Shown: positions 13,416 to 27,718, counted from the first letter of the stretch. The stretch is DNA of 64,000 nt from Octopus vulgaris (GCA_951406725.2 OX597822.1:68014001-68078000); one strand, 5' to 3'. The notes: generated from the letters alone by a model not told the origin. Made by a program: numbers and translations.

Positions 13416-14334
13416 GGTTTCCAACCAAGAATTGAAACCAAATCGTAATCTGGTCTCGTAATCACGTTACGTTCATGTATTTTTACGCTGTACATCAATG
13501 AAAATTTACTGAGCCTTGCACCCCATGCACAACAGAAATTTAAAAATTTAATGAGTGATACTGGGTATCTAGAAAATGTCTGAGACTCCTTCAAATGAAC
13601 AGAATGCATGCTGACGTATGCATTCACAGGTTTTAACTGTACCAATTGGTTCAAAGTTACCTTTAAGTGATATCAGCTCTTTTTTTTTTTTTCAACTTAC
13701 TTTCGTCTGTTTTTCATCTTTTACTTGTTTCAGTCACTGAACTGTGACAAGTTGAGCTGAACGCGAAACCCTGTATCTTTTTTTTTTATTGCCAAGCAAA
13801 ATTATTAACCATACAGCTATGCCATCGCCTATGCCACTGAGCTAAGGACACATCCCTCAATTTCTTTAATATGCTATTTCGTATTCTTTTATCTCTTACT
13901 CTTGATAAAACCGCGTGTCCAGGGTTGTTTACGGAAATTCCAACACTGATTGGAGAGAGATATATCTTGAGTTCAGAAACCTGGCCCTAATGCGTGCAAC
14001 TTAGTGGACTTTGCTAAAGACACCCAACGTGATCGCTGTGGTATTTAACCAGGTGCAGCTTAAGTCTGTCGTAAATTCTAAACGTCATTTATATTTACTT
14101 TTTCTACCTACGCCACAGCAAGGACCGGCCCCAGACACGGATCTACGGTTTAAATTAGATTTGCTACTTATATATGTACAGTATCCTACCAAGACTCGTT
14201 GTCTCCAATGCTGCTTAACTCACTGTGAATTCTGTTGTTGTACCTGGCCATGTCTGGCGCCTTACGTGTTAATGTGCCTAGGGTCAAATAAATCCATATA
14301 ACTAAATTATATATATATATATTGTTTGTTACTT

Positions 14335-14572
14335 CTCGAGCCACGCCTGGCTCATAAGGGCCGGTTTCCCGGTTTCCTTGGCGTATAAGTTCCCCACCTG
14401 CACGGGACGCCGTGGCGAAAGAGTCAGCAGAAGTTTGCCATTACCTTCTGCGGGAGCCGCCTGGAGCTTAGGTGATTCGCTCATAAACAAACATATCGCC
14501 AGGTCTGAGATTCGAACCCGCGATCCCTCGACCGCGAGTCCGCTGCTCTAACCTCTAGGCCATGTGCCTCCC
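14335..14572 (-). mobile_element. SINE-C (tRNA-Arg-like head), tail X, internally deleted
   Basis: Minus strand gaggcacatggcctagaggttagagcagcggactcgcggtcgagggatcgcgggttcgaatc (A and B boxes); tail shared with 36657-36960. Confidence 0.85.
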
Positions 14573-14573
14573 C

Positions 14574-14613
<40 letters not shown>

Positions 14614-15282
14614 TTACACACACACGCACACATACACTCACACACTCACATATATAAATATATCTACATGCATGCGAGTACATATTTACTCGACAATACA
14701 CTATACACAGATAGGTACATAGATGCTATATAATTCCTATATATGCATATATATGCATGTAAACATATGTGTGTGTGTGTGTGTATACGAATATAGCTTA
14801 TAATACCGTTATAGGCAGGATCAACAAAACCGACACATACTCTTATGCATATATAGACAAGTGTAAAGTGTACATATATGTATCTATGTCCTATGCACGT
14901 ATGTATGTATGTATGTATGTATGCATACATGCATGTATGTGCGGCTCGATGACACTTCCAACGCAATATTCACCCAATTGTCAATTGAATATACCTCCAA
15001 GACTATATAATTCAGTTAAACTAAAATTCCCGTTAAATTTGGCGACTGGCCCATAATGAACCCCTCCTTTTTCTCTTTTCCTTTCTCCCTCTCTCTCTCT
15101 CTCTCCTTCTCTCTCTCTGTCGTGCTTTCTTTCTCACTTAACCCCGCTTCATCCTGGCCCTATATCTCCCTATCACTAATAAGGTTCTAAATCACTATAA
15201 GGCTAATAAGGCTTCCAATAGCAAGCATCACGCCCACCTGTGGAAAGTTATACGCACACTTTTATATATATATATATACATG

Positions 15283-15330
<48 letters not shown>

Positions 15331-15494
15331 CACATACATATATGCATATGTATGTATATATACATACATGTATATATATATATGCATATATATGCATGTA
15401 TTTATGTGTGTATATATATATATATACATGCATATATATATATGCATATATATATATGCATATATATATATATATATATACATACATGTATGAT

Positions 15495-15529
<35 letters not shown>

Positions 15530-15951
15530 TAGATAGATAGATAGATAGATACATACATACATACATATACACATATATATATACGTATATACACATTCAT
15601 ATATACGAGCACAGATATATATACGTATATATCTGTGTTTGTATACACACATCCGTATAAATGCAGGTATATAATATCTATGAATATGTGTTATATGAGA
15701 GTATGTATATGTATATATGTGTGTGCTTATACCCACATATTAATACACACACACACACTCACATATATGTACATATATACCCACGCGCATACACATAGAT
15801 ATATACATGTATATTCATATATACGTATTTTAATAGTCGCACTTTCACATACACACACGTATACCTGAGGCAGAGAGAACTATGCTAATTCCTAAGAGAA
15901 ATTAGTCATGCATCCTTCAGTGAAAGCTGCCAATACCTATAATTATCACGG

Positions 15952-15984
15952 CAGGTGTAACCATGGCAATAGTAGCATAGCAAC
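15952..15984. promoter_or_regulatory. Candidate tandem RFX X-box-like motifs with an overlapping E-box
   Basis: caggtg (15952-15957), gtaaccatggcaat (15957-15970) and gtagcatagcaac (15972-15984) in a unique-sequence island. Motif match only. Confidence 0.35.
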
Positions 15985-16180
15985 AGATAGTTGAAATGCA
16001 CTGCATTGCATTCGTTGCTCTGCGACTTGCATGTGAGCATCCGGCAGAATGTGTGAGAGACAGATGTGGTTCACGTATGTATTTGACAGTGTGAGAGAAT
16101 TTACTTTTGCGCGCGTTGCTGTGGGAGTTAGCGTGTGTATGTGTGTGCACGACAGATGGAGAGAGAGAGAGAGAGAATGT

Positions 16181-16243
<63 letters not shown>

Positions 16244-16495
16244 ATGTGTGTTTCTGTATTGGGGCGGGGTTGTGTTGTCCGTATGTTGTTCCGCCGTGCT
16301 GAGGTGCCGAAAATAAACATGACCTTTAAAAACCCAAGACCGATCGATACATGTGCGTGTGTACGTGTTTCGATTTGTGGATGTGCGTTTATATATCTGT
16401 GTATATATGCATATAGACATGTGCGTATATATATATATAAATATATATACATACATACATACATACATACATACATACATACATACATACATACA

Positions 16496-16531
<36 letters not shown>

Positions 16532-16798
16532 TGTATATAATATACATATATACAGTCACACATACACTTATATGAATATACATGCAGGAGCCTTATGTAT
16601 GCCCGTTGACACACGGAAATGTCTGCGTGTTTTAGCGTATGCATTTGTATGTATAACAGTATATGTAACCATATGTGACCACATGTGACCACATGTGCAT
16701 ACCCTCAGACACACACTGACACATACTCACTCATACATATGCACGTGCATACATACTCTAACATATGCATGCATACACTAGTAATACGCGATAACTTG

Positions 16799-16861
<63 letters not shown>

Positions 16862-16995
16862 GTATGTATGTATGTATGTATGTATGTAGATAGGTATGTA
16901 GGTAGGTAGGTAGGTAGGTAGGTAGGTAGGTAGGTAGGTAGGTAGGTAGGTAGGTAGGTAGATAGATAGACAGACAGACTGACAGACAGACAGTC

Positions 16996-17068
<73 letters not shown>

Positions 17069-17113
17069 CATTCATGCATACATACATACATAGCCTGCTG
17101 GTTGAGATTGACA

Positions 17114-17197
<84 letters not shown>

Positions 17198-17779
17198 GTG
17201 ATGCTGACGATGATGATGATGATGATGATAAAGTATGTACAGGAAACTGAAAAAGCCAATAAAAGGTGAGGGAACATGAATGATGGAGCGAGGTGCAGCT
17301 AAAAGGGGACAGACGCGGAAACAGACAGAAGAAAGAAGAAAATGAGAGATCTTGCCTGCAGCCCTAATATCAGGCGCCAGTGGTCCTTTCGCTGAAGGTA
17401 CGGCCTATCTCCACCTCATTAGTAGGGGCCGACTAGCACTCAATCATTATAAAAACCCTACTATTTTCGTAGCCCCTTTCGATCGATTTCTGGTGTTTCA
17501 TCTTAACTTCGACGCCATGTTGCACGCCTGTTAGGTTGCGCCTGTATATGTGTGCGTGCGTGCGTGCGTATGTGTGCATGCATGTATGTATGTGTGTGTG
17601 TTTGTACCTGTGTGTTTCTGTGTATGTGTGTATTTGTGTGTGTGCTTGTGCATGTGAGAGGTTATGTGCTTATATATAAGCATGTATATGGATCTATAAG
17701 CATGATAATCCGGTCTTCTGGACACTGTGTAAGTAATAATAATGATAGAGACAATAAAATAACAATAGTAATAATGATG

Positions 17780-17828
<49 letters not shown>

Positions 17829-18167
17829 TAATAATAATAATAATAATAAAAATAATAATAATAATATTAATAATAATAATAAATGTGTATGTATGCATGT
17901 ATGCATGCATGTATATATGTATGTATATATGTATGTATGTGCGCATATTTTCTGTCTATGCATACGTCTGTGTGAGTTTACTTTTTTCGGTATATGTGCG
18001 TATGTATTAAAACATGTATGCCCATATATAGGATGCCGTTCACGGTCATGCAGACACTAGTATGCGTTAGCGTATACATTTAAGTTTCTATGTATATGTA
18101 ACTGCATGGTACACACGATATCCTATTAAACCTTGTACATGGAGATATATCAATGTGCTTGCGCATG

Positions 18168-18214
<47 letters not shown>

Positions 18215-18216
<2 letters not shown>

Positions 18217-18576
18217 ACCCTCTATCGGTTACGACGACGAGGGTTCCAGTTGATCCGATCAACGACAGAACAGCCTACTCGAGAAATTAACGTGCAAGTG
18301 GCTGAGCATTCCACAGACACGTGTACACTTAATGTAGTTCTCGGGAAGATTCAGTTGACACAGAGTATGACAAGGCTGGACCTTTGAAATACAAGTACAA
18401 CAAAAACAAGAAGAGTGAGAGAAAGTTGTGGTGAAAGAGTATATCAGGGTTCGCCACCAACACCTGCTGGAGGCTCGTTGAATTTTAATTGTTTTTGCTC
18501 AATAAACACTCACAATCCCCGGTCTGGGAATCGAAACCGCGATCCTACGATCACGAGTCCGCTGCCGTAACCACTG
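18215..18576 (-). mobile_element. SINE-C head with tail Y
   Basis: Head cagtggttacggcagcggactcgtgatcgtaggatcgcggtttcgattcccagacc as at 36657; 3' part homologous to 60878-61050. Confidence 0.85.
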
Positions 18577-18701
18577 TTTCTGTATGAATGTATGTATGTA
18601 CGCATGTTTCTAACCTCATCATTGTACCTACAGTGAGTAGTTTGAATCTATGTCTTATTTTATGCTATATAAACGATGACATATAAATATAAATATATCT
18701 G

Positions 18702-18807
<106 letters not shown>

Positions 18808-18889
18808 CATACATACATACATAGATATATATATATGTGTGTGTTTGTATGTATGTATGCATGTATGTATGTATGCATGTATGTGTGTG

Positions 18890-18921
<32 letters not shown>

Positions 18922-18970
18922 CTTATAATGTATACTTACATATACTTATAAATAAATATATATATATAGT

Positions 18971-19041
<71 letters not shown>

Positions 19042-19556
19042 ATCTATATATATATTCCATCAAAAAGTGAATTGCAAGACAGTTGCAGCTTTAGTCGTTA
19101 AGAAATTAGTTCTCTATTCAACTTAACAAGACGCAAGATTTGCTGATTCGATAACTTAATGCAACAATCAATATCTCCCACGTCATATCGCGCAGACACA
19201 CGCAAAATAAAATTATATATATATATACATATGATTCGAAGTCTTGTAATGCAACAAAGAAAATGTATGATTGACAAAAATAAATTGCTAAATGAATATA
19301 GCATTATGAGTTATCCAAGATATCCACTGCAATCAAACAATCTTTCTTCATGTAATGTCGTTGTATAATTTTGTTTTTAACTCATGTTTATTACTGGAGC
19401 ATAATACTACACATACATTGACGTGGTGTGTGTGTATACATACATATATACATACATACACACAGATACATACCTGCATACATACATATAGGCATACATA
19501 CACACACACCAGCAAAAATAGTACTCCTTCCACTGAGCGATAAATATCATTAAACA

Positions 19557-19589
<33 letters not shown>

Positions 19590-19695
19590 TGTATGTATGT
19601 ATGTATGTATGTATGTGTGTGTGTGTATGTATGTATGTATGTATGTATGTATGTATGTATGTATGTATGTATGTATGTATGTATGTATATATATA

Positions 19696-19762
<67 letters not shown>

Positions 19763-19887
19763 CGGTACATCGTCGGATCTATTTGAGGGCAGATTGCTTA
19801 TTTCGCATTTCTAACGATATTTTTTTCTGTTCTCTACTTTCTGAGATCAAATTCCACTAAAATTAACTTTGCTTTTCTCCCATTCGT

Positions 19888-19950
<63 letters not shown>

Positions 19951-19965
19951 ACTCTCTCTCTCTCT

Positions 19966-20371
19966 TTTCCGTGTCTCAGTCATTCGACTGTGGCCATGCT
20001 GGAGAACCGACTTTAGTCGATTCAGCAAATCAATCCCAGGACTTGATCTTTGTAAGCCTAGTACTTATTCTATCAGTCTCTTTTGCCGAACCGCTAAGTT
20101 ACGGGGACGTAAACACACCAGCATCGGTTGTCAGCCGATGCTGTGGGGACAAAGACAGACACACAAACATATACACACACATACATATATCTATATATAT
20201 ACACATATATACGATGGGCTTCTTTCAGTTTCCGTCTACCAAATCCACTCACAAGGCTATGGTTGGCCCGAGGCTATAGTAGAAGACACTTGCCCAAGGT
20301 ACCACGCAGTAGGACTGAACCCGGAACCATGTGGTTGGTAAGCAAGCTACTTTCCACACAGCCACTCCTAC
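19966..20371 (-). mobile_element. SINE-A full length
   Basis: Family match across both halves. Confidence 0.9.
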
Positions 20372-20830
20372 GTTGTTGATAAAGGAAGTACAAGTCTCTC
20401 TCATTCACTTTCTTCCTGTTTACCTTTCCCCCACTCTAGTCCACTCTCTCTCCATTTATCTGTATATCTCTCTCTCCTCCTCCTCCTCCTCTTTCTCTCC
20501 TCTCTCTCTCTCTCTCCCTTTCTCTCTCTCTCTCTCTCTTTGCCATTTACGATCAGACGTTTAGAGTTGGCTATGGACTAAAACAGGCAAAATGTGCCTG
20601 AGAACCCTTATATTAAATGGCCCAAGACAAAACAATATATACTTTTCTACATAAGGCACAAGGTCCTAAATTTGTATTTGTTGAGTAGCTGATTGTTTCT
20701 TTGGAGACTGTTAGAATGATGTAGACGTTCCTGATGAGAACCCAATAAGGTTCGAAAATCGAATGAGGTTGTTCATTTTTTTTTTTTTCAGTCTGCTTAA
20801 AATTTGCCCTGTTTTTAATTATACCATATA

Positions 20831-21167
20831 CTCTCTTTTACTCTTTTACTTGTTTCAGTCATTTGACTGCGGCCATGCTGGAGCACCGCCTTTAGTCGAG
20901 CAACTCGACCCCGGGACTTATTCTTTCGTAAGCCCAGTACTTATTCTATCGGTCTCTTTTTGCCGAACCGCTAAGTGACGGGGACGTAAACACACCAGCG
21001 TCGGTTGTCAAGCAATGCTAGGGGGACAAACACAGACACACAAACATATACACACACACTTATATATATATACATATATACGACAGGCTTCTTTCAGTTT
21101 CCGTCTACCAAATCCACTCACAAGGCATTGGTCGACCCGGGGCTATAGCAGAAGACACTTGCCCAAG
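20831..21167 (-). mobile_element. SINE-A, 5'-truncated, young
   Basis: Near-consensus 3' half with a repeated (GTAAAAGA) tail. Confidence 0.9.
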
Positions 21168-21325
21168 ATGTCACATTTGTTTATGTGCATAATTACATCT
21201 GTATCCGCTCAACTTGATCCCTCTTACAGCCATTCATTACCATGCAGAATCGATCCTCAGTAAAGACACGGGTGTCTAAATTTGAACCTTTTGATCAGTA
21301 CTATATATATATATATATATATATA

Positions 21326-21468
21326 GGAGCAGGAGTGGCTGTGTGGTAAGTAGCTTGCTTACCAACCACATGGTTCCGAGTTCAGTCCCACTGCGTGGCA
21401 CCTTGGGCAGGTGTCTTCTACTATAGTCTCGGGCCGACCAAAACCTTGAAAGAAGCCCGTCGTATATG

Positions 21469-21526
<58 letters not shown>

Positions 21527-21735
21527 CATATGTTTGGATGTCTGTGTTTGTCCCCCCAACATCGCTTGACAACCGATCATGGTGTGTTTGCGTCCCTGTT
21601 ACCTAGCTGTTCGGGAAGAGAGACCGATAGAATAAGTACTAGGCGTACAAAGAATAAGTCCTGGGGTCGATTTGCTCGACTAAATGCGGTGCTCCAGCAT
21701 GGCCACAGTCAAATAACTGAAATAAATAAAAAGAA
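21326..21735 (+). mobile_element. SINE-A full length
   Basis: ggagcaggagtggctgtgtggtaagtagc head to actgaaataaataaaaag tail, inserted in (TA)n. Confidence 0.9.
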
Positions 21736-21768
21736 TATATACATATATATATATATACATATATATAA

Positions 21769-21845
<77 letters not shown>

Positions 21846-21895
21846 TGCATATATATATATATACATATATATATATATGTGTCTTCTAGCTCGTC

Positions 21896-21943
<48 letters not shown>

Positions 21944-22717
21944 TATATATATACATATATACTCACATACATATATGCATACATACATATTTACATTTTA
22001 TATATATTTTTATATGTGTGTATGCGTGTGAGAGAGAGAGAGAGAAATTTCTTCATCGAAAGGTATTTGTTGGTATTTTTCCTGGAAATAATTTGATTTG
22101 TACAAGTGATATTTCGTTGTTTAATAAGACTGTGTGTTATTCGATATTCTGTTAGAGAGATAATAAATATCATTACGTTTATAATATATCACGTAATGTT
22201 CTGTTTTATTATGGATGATGTTTTGTTCTGATAAGTCAGAAACATTTTCCTACCTTGCAAAGCGTCTCAGCTTATCTAGATTAGTGTTTTCCGCAAGTCC
22301 AAGTCTACTGATTTCGTTGAATGTTTTATGACGCTGAAAATGGCGTGTAATGTGTAACGTGAGAACAAAACACGATGGCGAGACCTTGACGTTGTTTCAA
22401 AGTATCTTAAATCATTTTTCTTTTGTCTTTCACTTGTTTCAGTTATAGGAGTGCGGCCATGCTGGAACACCGTCTTAAAGATTTTAATTGAACAAGTCGT
22501 CCCCAGTATATATCTTATATTTATATTTTTCAACGAACTGATAAGTTAGTGGTACGTATAACAACTAGAACTATTTCTCACGCAGTGGCAATTGGATAAA
22601 TACAGAAACACACGCGCGCGCGCACACACATGCAAACACATTCACACAGACACACACATACGCCTCAAACCACACACACACTCATACACACATACACATA
22701 GACACTCTCACCCACCC

Positions 22718-22763
<46 letters not shown>

Positions 22764-22973
22764 CCAAATAGACATCCAAATAGTTTCCGTCAACCAAATA
22801 GGCCTAAGGTTATAGCAGAAGATACCCAGTGTACCGCGCAGTGGGACTGAACCCGTAATCACCTTAATATCCCCACACTTCTCACCAACCAACATTATGA
22901 TATTTTACCTCCGACAAAGGAAATAATTTAGAAGATGGCGGAGGGTTGGCCAAACAGGAACGAAGACAGATAA

Positions 22974-25010
22974 CACTGGCCAACAAAATTTTTCTTGCAT
23001 TAATACAAACAATTGGTATTATCTAATTTGAATATACTGAATTCAGATATGAAGTTAGTTTTTCTCTGTAAGCTCTACATTCTTTGCAATTAAGGTTTTT
23101 TTTTCTATATTTTCCAAATTTCGAATATTTCTGAAGATATGATATAATCTATCTGATAATTTTCTAGTTATATTATCTTCAGACTAGGCGGAAAAAATGA
23201 ATATCTATGCATTGAGATTCTAACTTTATTCATATATATGATATATACGATAAGAATTAGGCTAGAAAATTAATATTCTTTATTCCGATACTGAGTAAAA
23301 TAATTGTTATTATGTGCTAGTGTTTTCACCATTTGCTTTCAGTTGAAAATATGTATTATATACAAATGATATAATTAATGATATAATTAAGAAACTAATT
23401 AAGATAGAAAATAAAACACAAATAGAACTTATTCAGGCAAGAATTTGCGGTTGGAGCTCTTGTGCTTGTAGACTTCCTCAGGAAAATCTCGTTTAATGCT
23501 TCTGCAGCAATCTGCGCCATATTTTTGTCGATGGTACTGAGATCTTGGTGGAAGCACACTTCTTGTTCATCACATACGTCTTCAAGATTTTCAGAGAATT
23601 GATCGAGATGACTCTGCAGGAAACGGAGTTTATCGCTCACGTTACACCCAAGATTATGGGAAGCCGACAGCATATTATTTACAAAAATTTCATATTCATC
23701 TTCTTTTCTTTTCCAAGAAAATTTTTTATGACTACTACGAAGGACAGCCATGTTGCTCTTTCCTTGTCATTCATCTTACCGAGAAATTCCTTATCACGTA
23801 GAAAGGACACGAGTCTGAGGTCCGTCAGACACACCTGCTTTGATCTTCTCGAATGCCAAACCAAGAAATGCAGAGACTGCATGTTAGAAACATTCACCAT
23901 AAGTATTCAATATCTTAGGCAATTGCTTCATCAAGCCCAGCTTTGTACAAACCACTTTTTTCTGAATCCAGTGTTTCTCTTCAGTTCGGCTGTCCCACAT
24001 GAAAAGATAGAAAGTATAGTTTATGAAACCTTTCTGTTGGCCGTAGAGGAAATTTACCATTTTCAAATCTACACAAATGGTCCAGTTGTGCTCACGATAT
24101 TTTAGTTTGTCAATAACCATTTTTATGTCATTGTATTATTGCAAGCGCGCTGAGTGACCTGCTGAGGCAGCTCCATAAGCATTACCACTTTGTAAGAAAA
24201 CACATTTTAGGCTGCGCTTCGAACTATCTAGAAATAATCACCAGTCAGTTGAACTGTACAAGGGGATTCCTAATTCATGGAAAAGATTGGATCTATCGTG
24301 ACGGTAAATAAAGCGTTTATCTTCTGAAAGAGATGGCACAAAAATCTGGTCTTGTTTTCGAAAATAAGAAACTTTGATTAAGTAGATGCTTTTCTTGCTG
24401 CCTGGACGCTAGAACTTCATCTGCAGTCTTGGAGAGTCCCAAATCACGCACTAAATCATTCAATTCTGTTTGACTAAACCGGTGAGGAGTTGATTTTTCG
24501 GTACCAAGTCTTGGAATTCTGAAGTAATTTCATGATCTTCGTTATCATCCTCGTACTCATTTTCACTGGCTTTATCTTCGGAAGAGGTGAACCCAAAGGA
24601 AAGCTGGAATCGGAACTGTCTCAGAGTGCATAATAGGGCTAATTGCTGAAGAAATACTAGGTTAAGATATTTTACACCTATTTTTCTTGCTGATACCTTT
24701 TGTGTTGACCATACAAAATTAACAGTGATTTGTGTGGTCCCTGGCCTCTCGCCAAACTGTTGAAGCTTCAGACAGCAGACCCTTTCGATTTCCTTTTGTC
24801 TAGTCACGAAGCATTATCTCACAGTTATTAAATACAACATGAGGGACCCATTTTTTTTGTCTTAGTCGGCAAAGAGAATTCCAAAATAGGCTTTATAAGA
24901 CCGTCTCACAATGCGATATTTCACCTTTGACGAATAAGTGTGAAAGAGCCACAGACATAACAGGAGCCATCAGGATTATTCACATATCTATGTCTACTTA
25001 AAGAAGCTAT
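22974..25010 (-). mobile_element. Decayed Chapaev3-type (CMC superfamily) DNA transposon; transposase pseudogene about 23430-25010
   Basis: Fragments in order: NNPDGSCYVCG...YKAYFG...KWVPHVV, VWRE, LKYREHNWTICVDLKMVNFLYGQQKGF...WDSR, KLGLMKQ, KIKAGVSDGPQ, WLSFVVVIKNFLG, LGCNVSDKLRFLQSHLDQFSENLEDVCDEQEVCFHQDL. Terminus TAA|CACTGGCCAACAAAATTTTT at 22974; other terminus not found. Many stops and frameshifts. Confidence 0.8.
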
Positions 25011-25658
25011 GATCAGTTCTGAAAAACCAACTGTCAATCGTATGTAAGTAAGATCTCAATATATCAAATTCTGTGTAAGTATCTCAATATGCCAAAGTAA
25101 TTATAAATATATAAAAAGTTAATCACAAGAAAACTACAGCATGGAGAGCAAAACCGATTAGTTTTAAACTCTCCCAAAACATTTCTGGTATACTTTCTTG
25201 TTTTGTTGGGGTCGTTGATGTCCACGGTTTTCAAGAACATTTCTTGCGGACATTCAGAATAGTTCCATCTGTAATTCAATCTTATTTCTAATGCTAGAAA
25301 TGGTCAGTCACGCAGATGGAACTGCCTTAAATCCCCTCCGAAACTGTCATTGCACTTCATCTGCGTTTCCAAACTCCCACTAGCACCTAAGCCTTAATTC
25401 CATTTGATCAAAGCTTAGTATGGCGCCCTTCGTTATTTCTAATAGGTTCAATATCTTCTAAAAGGGAATGAAAACTGAGTCATCACTTATTAAAATGTAA
25501 GTGTATATATATATATAATAGGATATATACACTGCACAAACGTAAAGGTAAAGAGAGAAATAGGCACAGACAGACTGATAGAAGATCAAAGATTCCAATT
25601 ATTAAGTTAAAATTCTCACAATATATTTTTTATTATAACATATGTTTTTCAATAATTT

Positions 25659-25694
<36 letters not shown>

Positions 25695-25776
25695 TACATA
25701 AACATACATACATACATACATACATACATACATACATACATACATACATACATACATACATACATACATACATACA

Positions 25777-25807
<31 letters not shown>

Positions 25808-26043
25808 GTTAATTTGTAACGACTTGCCAAGAAAAGAAAAGTATATCTAATGAATATAATGGAGTTTATTCGTGTCTCTTTGAAAAAACAGGTAACTCAG
25901 AATAGCGACGAAGCAAAGCCTCGACTTCAAACAAATAAAAGTGTGACTGTATACGTGTACAACTGTGTATGCGTGAGTGTGTGTGTATATATATGTGTGA
26001 GTAATACTCAAACACATTGATATATATATATATATATATATAT

Positions 26044-26210
26044 GGAAGCGCAGGTGAGGATGTGTGGTAAGAAGATTGCTTCCCAACCACATGGTTCCGG
26101 GTTCAGTCCCACTGCGTGGCACCTTGGGCAACTGTCTTTTACTATAGCCTCGGGCCGACCAAAGTCCTGTGAGTGGATTTAGTACACGGAAACTGAAAGA
26201 AACTCGTCGT
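26044..26210 (+). mobile_element. SINE-A 5' half
   Basis: Family match. Confidence 0.85.
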
Positions 26211-26217
26211 GTGTGTG

Positions 26218-26268
<51 letters not shown>

Positions 26269-26409
26269 GGATATGTAAGGATATTGAATTTGTAGATCCA
26301 GTTTTAGGCAAAATGGTATACTTGTAAGATTCCAATACTTTTTAAGTAAAATTCCAATAGTATTTAAAATTGGTCATTCCCAATATCGAGTCTATACACA
26401 GTGTGTGTA

Positions 26410-26557
26410 TATATAGTTGGCATTTACAAATAAAGAACGAAGGGCGAAGACAGGTGTGTAAACAATAAACAGGTGTATTAGTTTAACGCTCAGGAAGGTG
26501 CGAAACTTTTTTACGTTCCAAGCCTACGCTCTTCAGCAGAAAGGAACAGAAGAAAAT

Positions 26558-26560
<3 letters not shown>
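26410..26560 (-). repeat. Penelope-like short repeat with hammerhead-like motif (family also at 28555-28695, 37030-37240, 52600-52785)
   Basis: Shared acaaataaag..gaagacaggtg..gtattagt..gctcaggaa..ttacgtttcgagcctacgctcttc..cagaaag. Confidence 0.65.
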
Positions 26561-26592
<32 letters not shown>

Positions 26593-27306
26593 GAGAGAGA
26601 GTGAGAGAGAGAGAGTGGGGAGGGTGAGAGAGAGACAGACATACAGAATGAGAGAGAGAAATAGATTTTTATCCAAACGACGAAATGAATTTAAAAATGC
26701 GCAGCGAATATATTAGAATTAATTAGCATTTAATTATATTTGAAAATATAGGAATACACTTCAACGGTTTCACATTAGATTTTCAAATGTGTATGGCGTA
26801 TATCTATGTATGTACATTATGTGATATGAGTTCATATACGCACGAGAGAATGCAGTATTCAACTATAATGTTCTCGCATAATTTAAGAATTATAACTTTT
26901 CTGTTTTTATAGCTATACATGCTAGAATTCATTTGTAAAGTATATTTACATGATTGGTGTATCTATTCTAAGGTTTGTGTCAAAAATATTATTATAATTT
27001 ATCAACTTTAAAAAATTACAACAACCTCATCATTATCTGATGGGAACATATGAAGAGCGCTGTTTATTCAACTAACTTTGTACTGTTATATACATGAGTT
27101 ACATAAATGTAAGAAAATCAGACTATGAACGTATCACTAGGATTTCAGGTCCTCATAAATCAATGAATAAATAAATAAATAAATAAGTAAATACATAGTT
27201 TCTTTACATAACAAGGTAGCGGTAGAAATTTTGAAAATATATTTTATAATGTCATAATTTCTGTCACATATTCTTTCAACAGATCAATTCAGTTTTTTTA
27301 ATTGAT

Positions 27307-27631
27307 GTGGCTCAGTGGTTAGAGCGTCGAGCTTACGATCGTGAGGTTGTGAGCTCGAATCCCGACCGGGCTGAGTGTTGTGTTCTTGAGCAAGACACTT
27401 TATTTCACGTTGCTCCAGTTCACTTAGCTGTAGAAATGAGTTGCGACGTCACAGGTGCCAAGCTGTATCGGCCCTTGCCTTTCCCTTGGACAACATCGGT
27501 GACGTGGAGAGGGGAGGCCGGTATGCATGGGCAACTGCTGGTCGTCCATAAAAGCAACCTTCCCAGACTTGTGCTTCAGAGGGTAACTCTCTAGGTGCAA
27601 ACCCATGGTCAGTGTCTGACCGAAGGGGGTC

Positions 27632-27632
<1 letters not shown>
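27307..27632 (+). mobile_element. SINE-D (tRNA-like head gtggctcagtggttagagcg, CORE/V-like gtgttcttgagcaagacactt), tail Z
   Basis: A and B boxes; inverted homologue at 33285-33608. Confidence 0.88.

Positions 27633-27718
<86 letters not shown>

Noticed and set aside
15240-16692. Long ORFs up to 248 aa (and similar ones at 35741-36353, 39545-40171, 50534-50951)
   Set aside because: Stop-free translation of (TA)n, (TATG)n, (CA)n or (TTC)n microsatellites; no domain content.
27307-27375. tRNA-like sequences (also 36657, 33540-33608, 14500-14572, 61120-61192)
   Set aside because: No acceptor stem or poly-T terminator; each continues into a SINE body.
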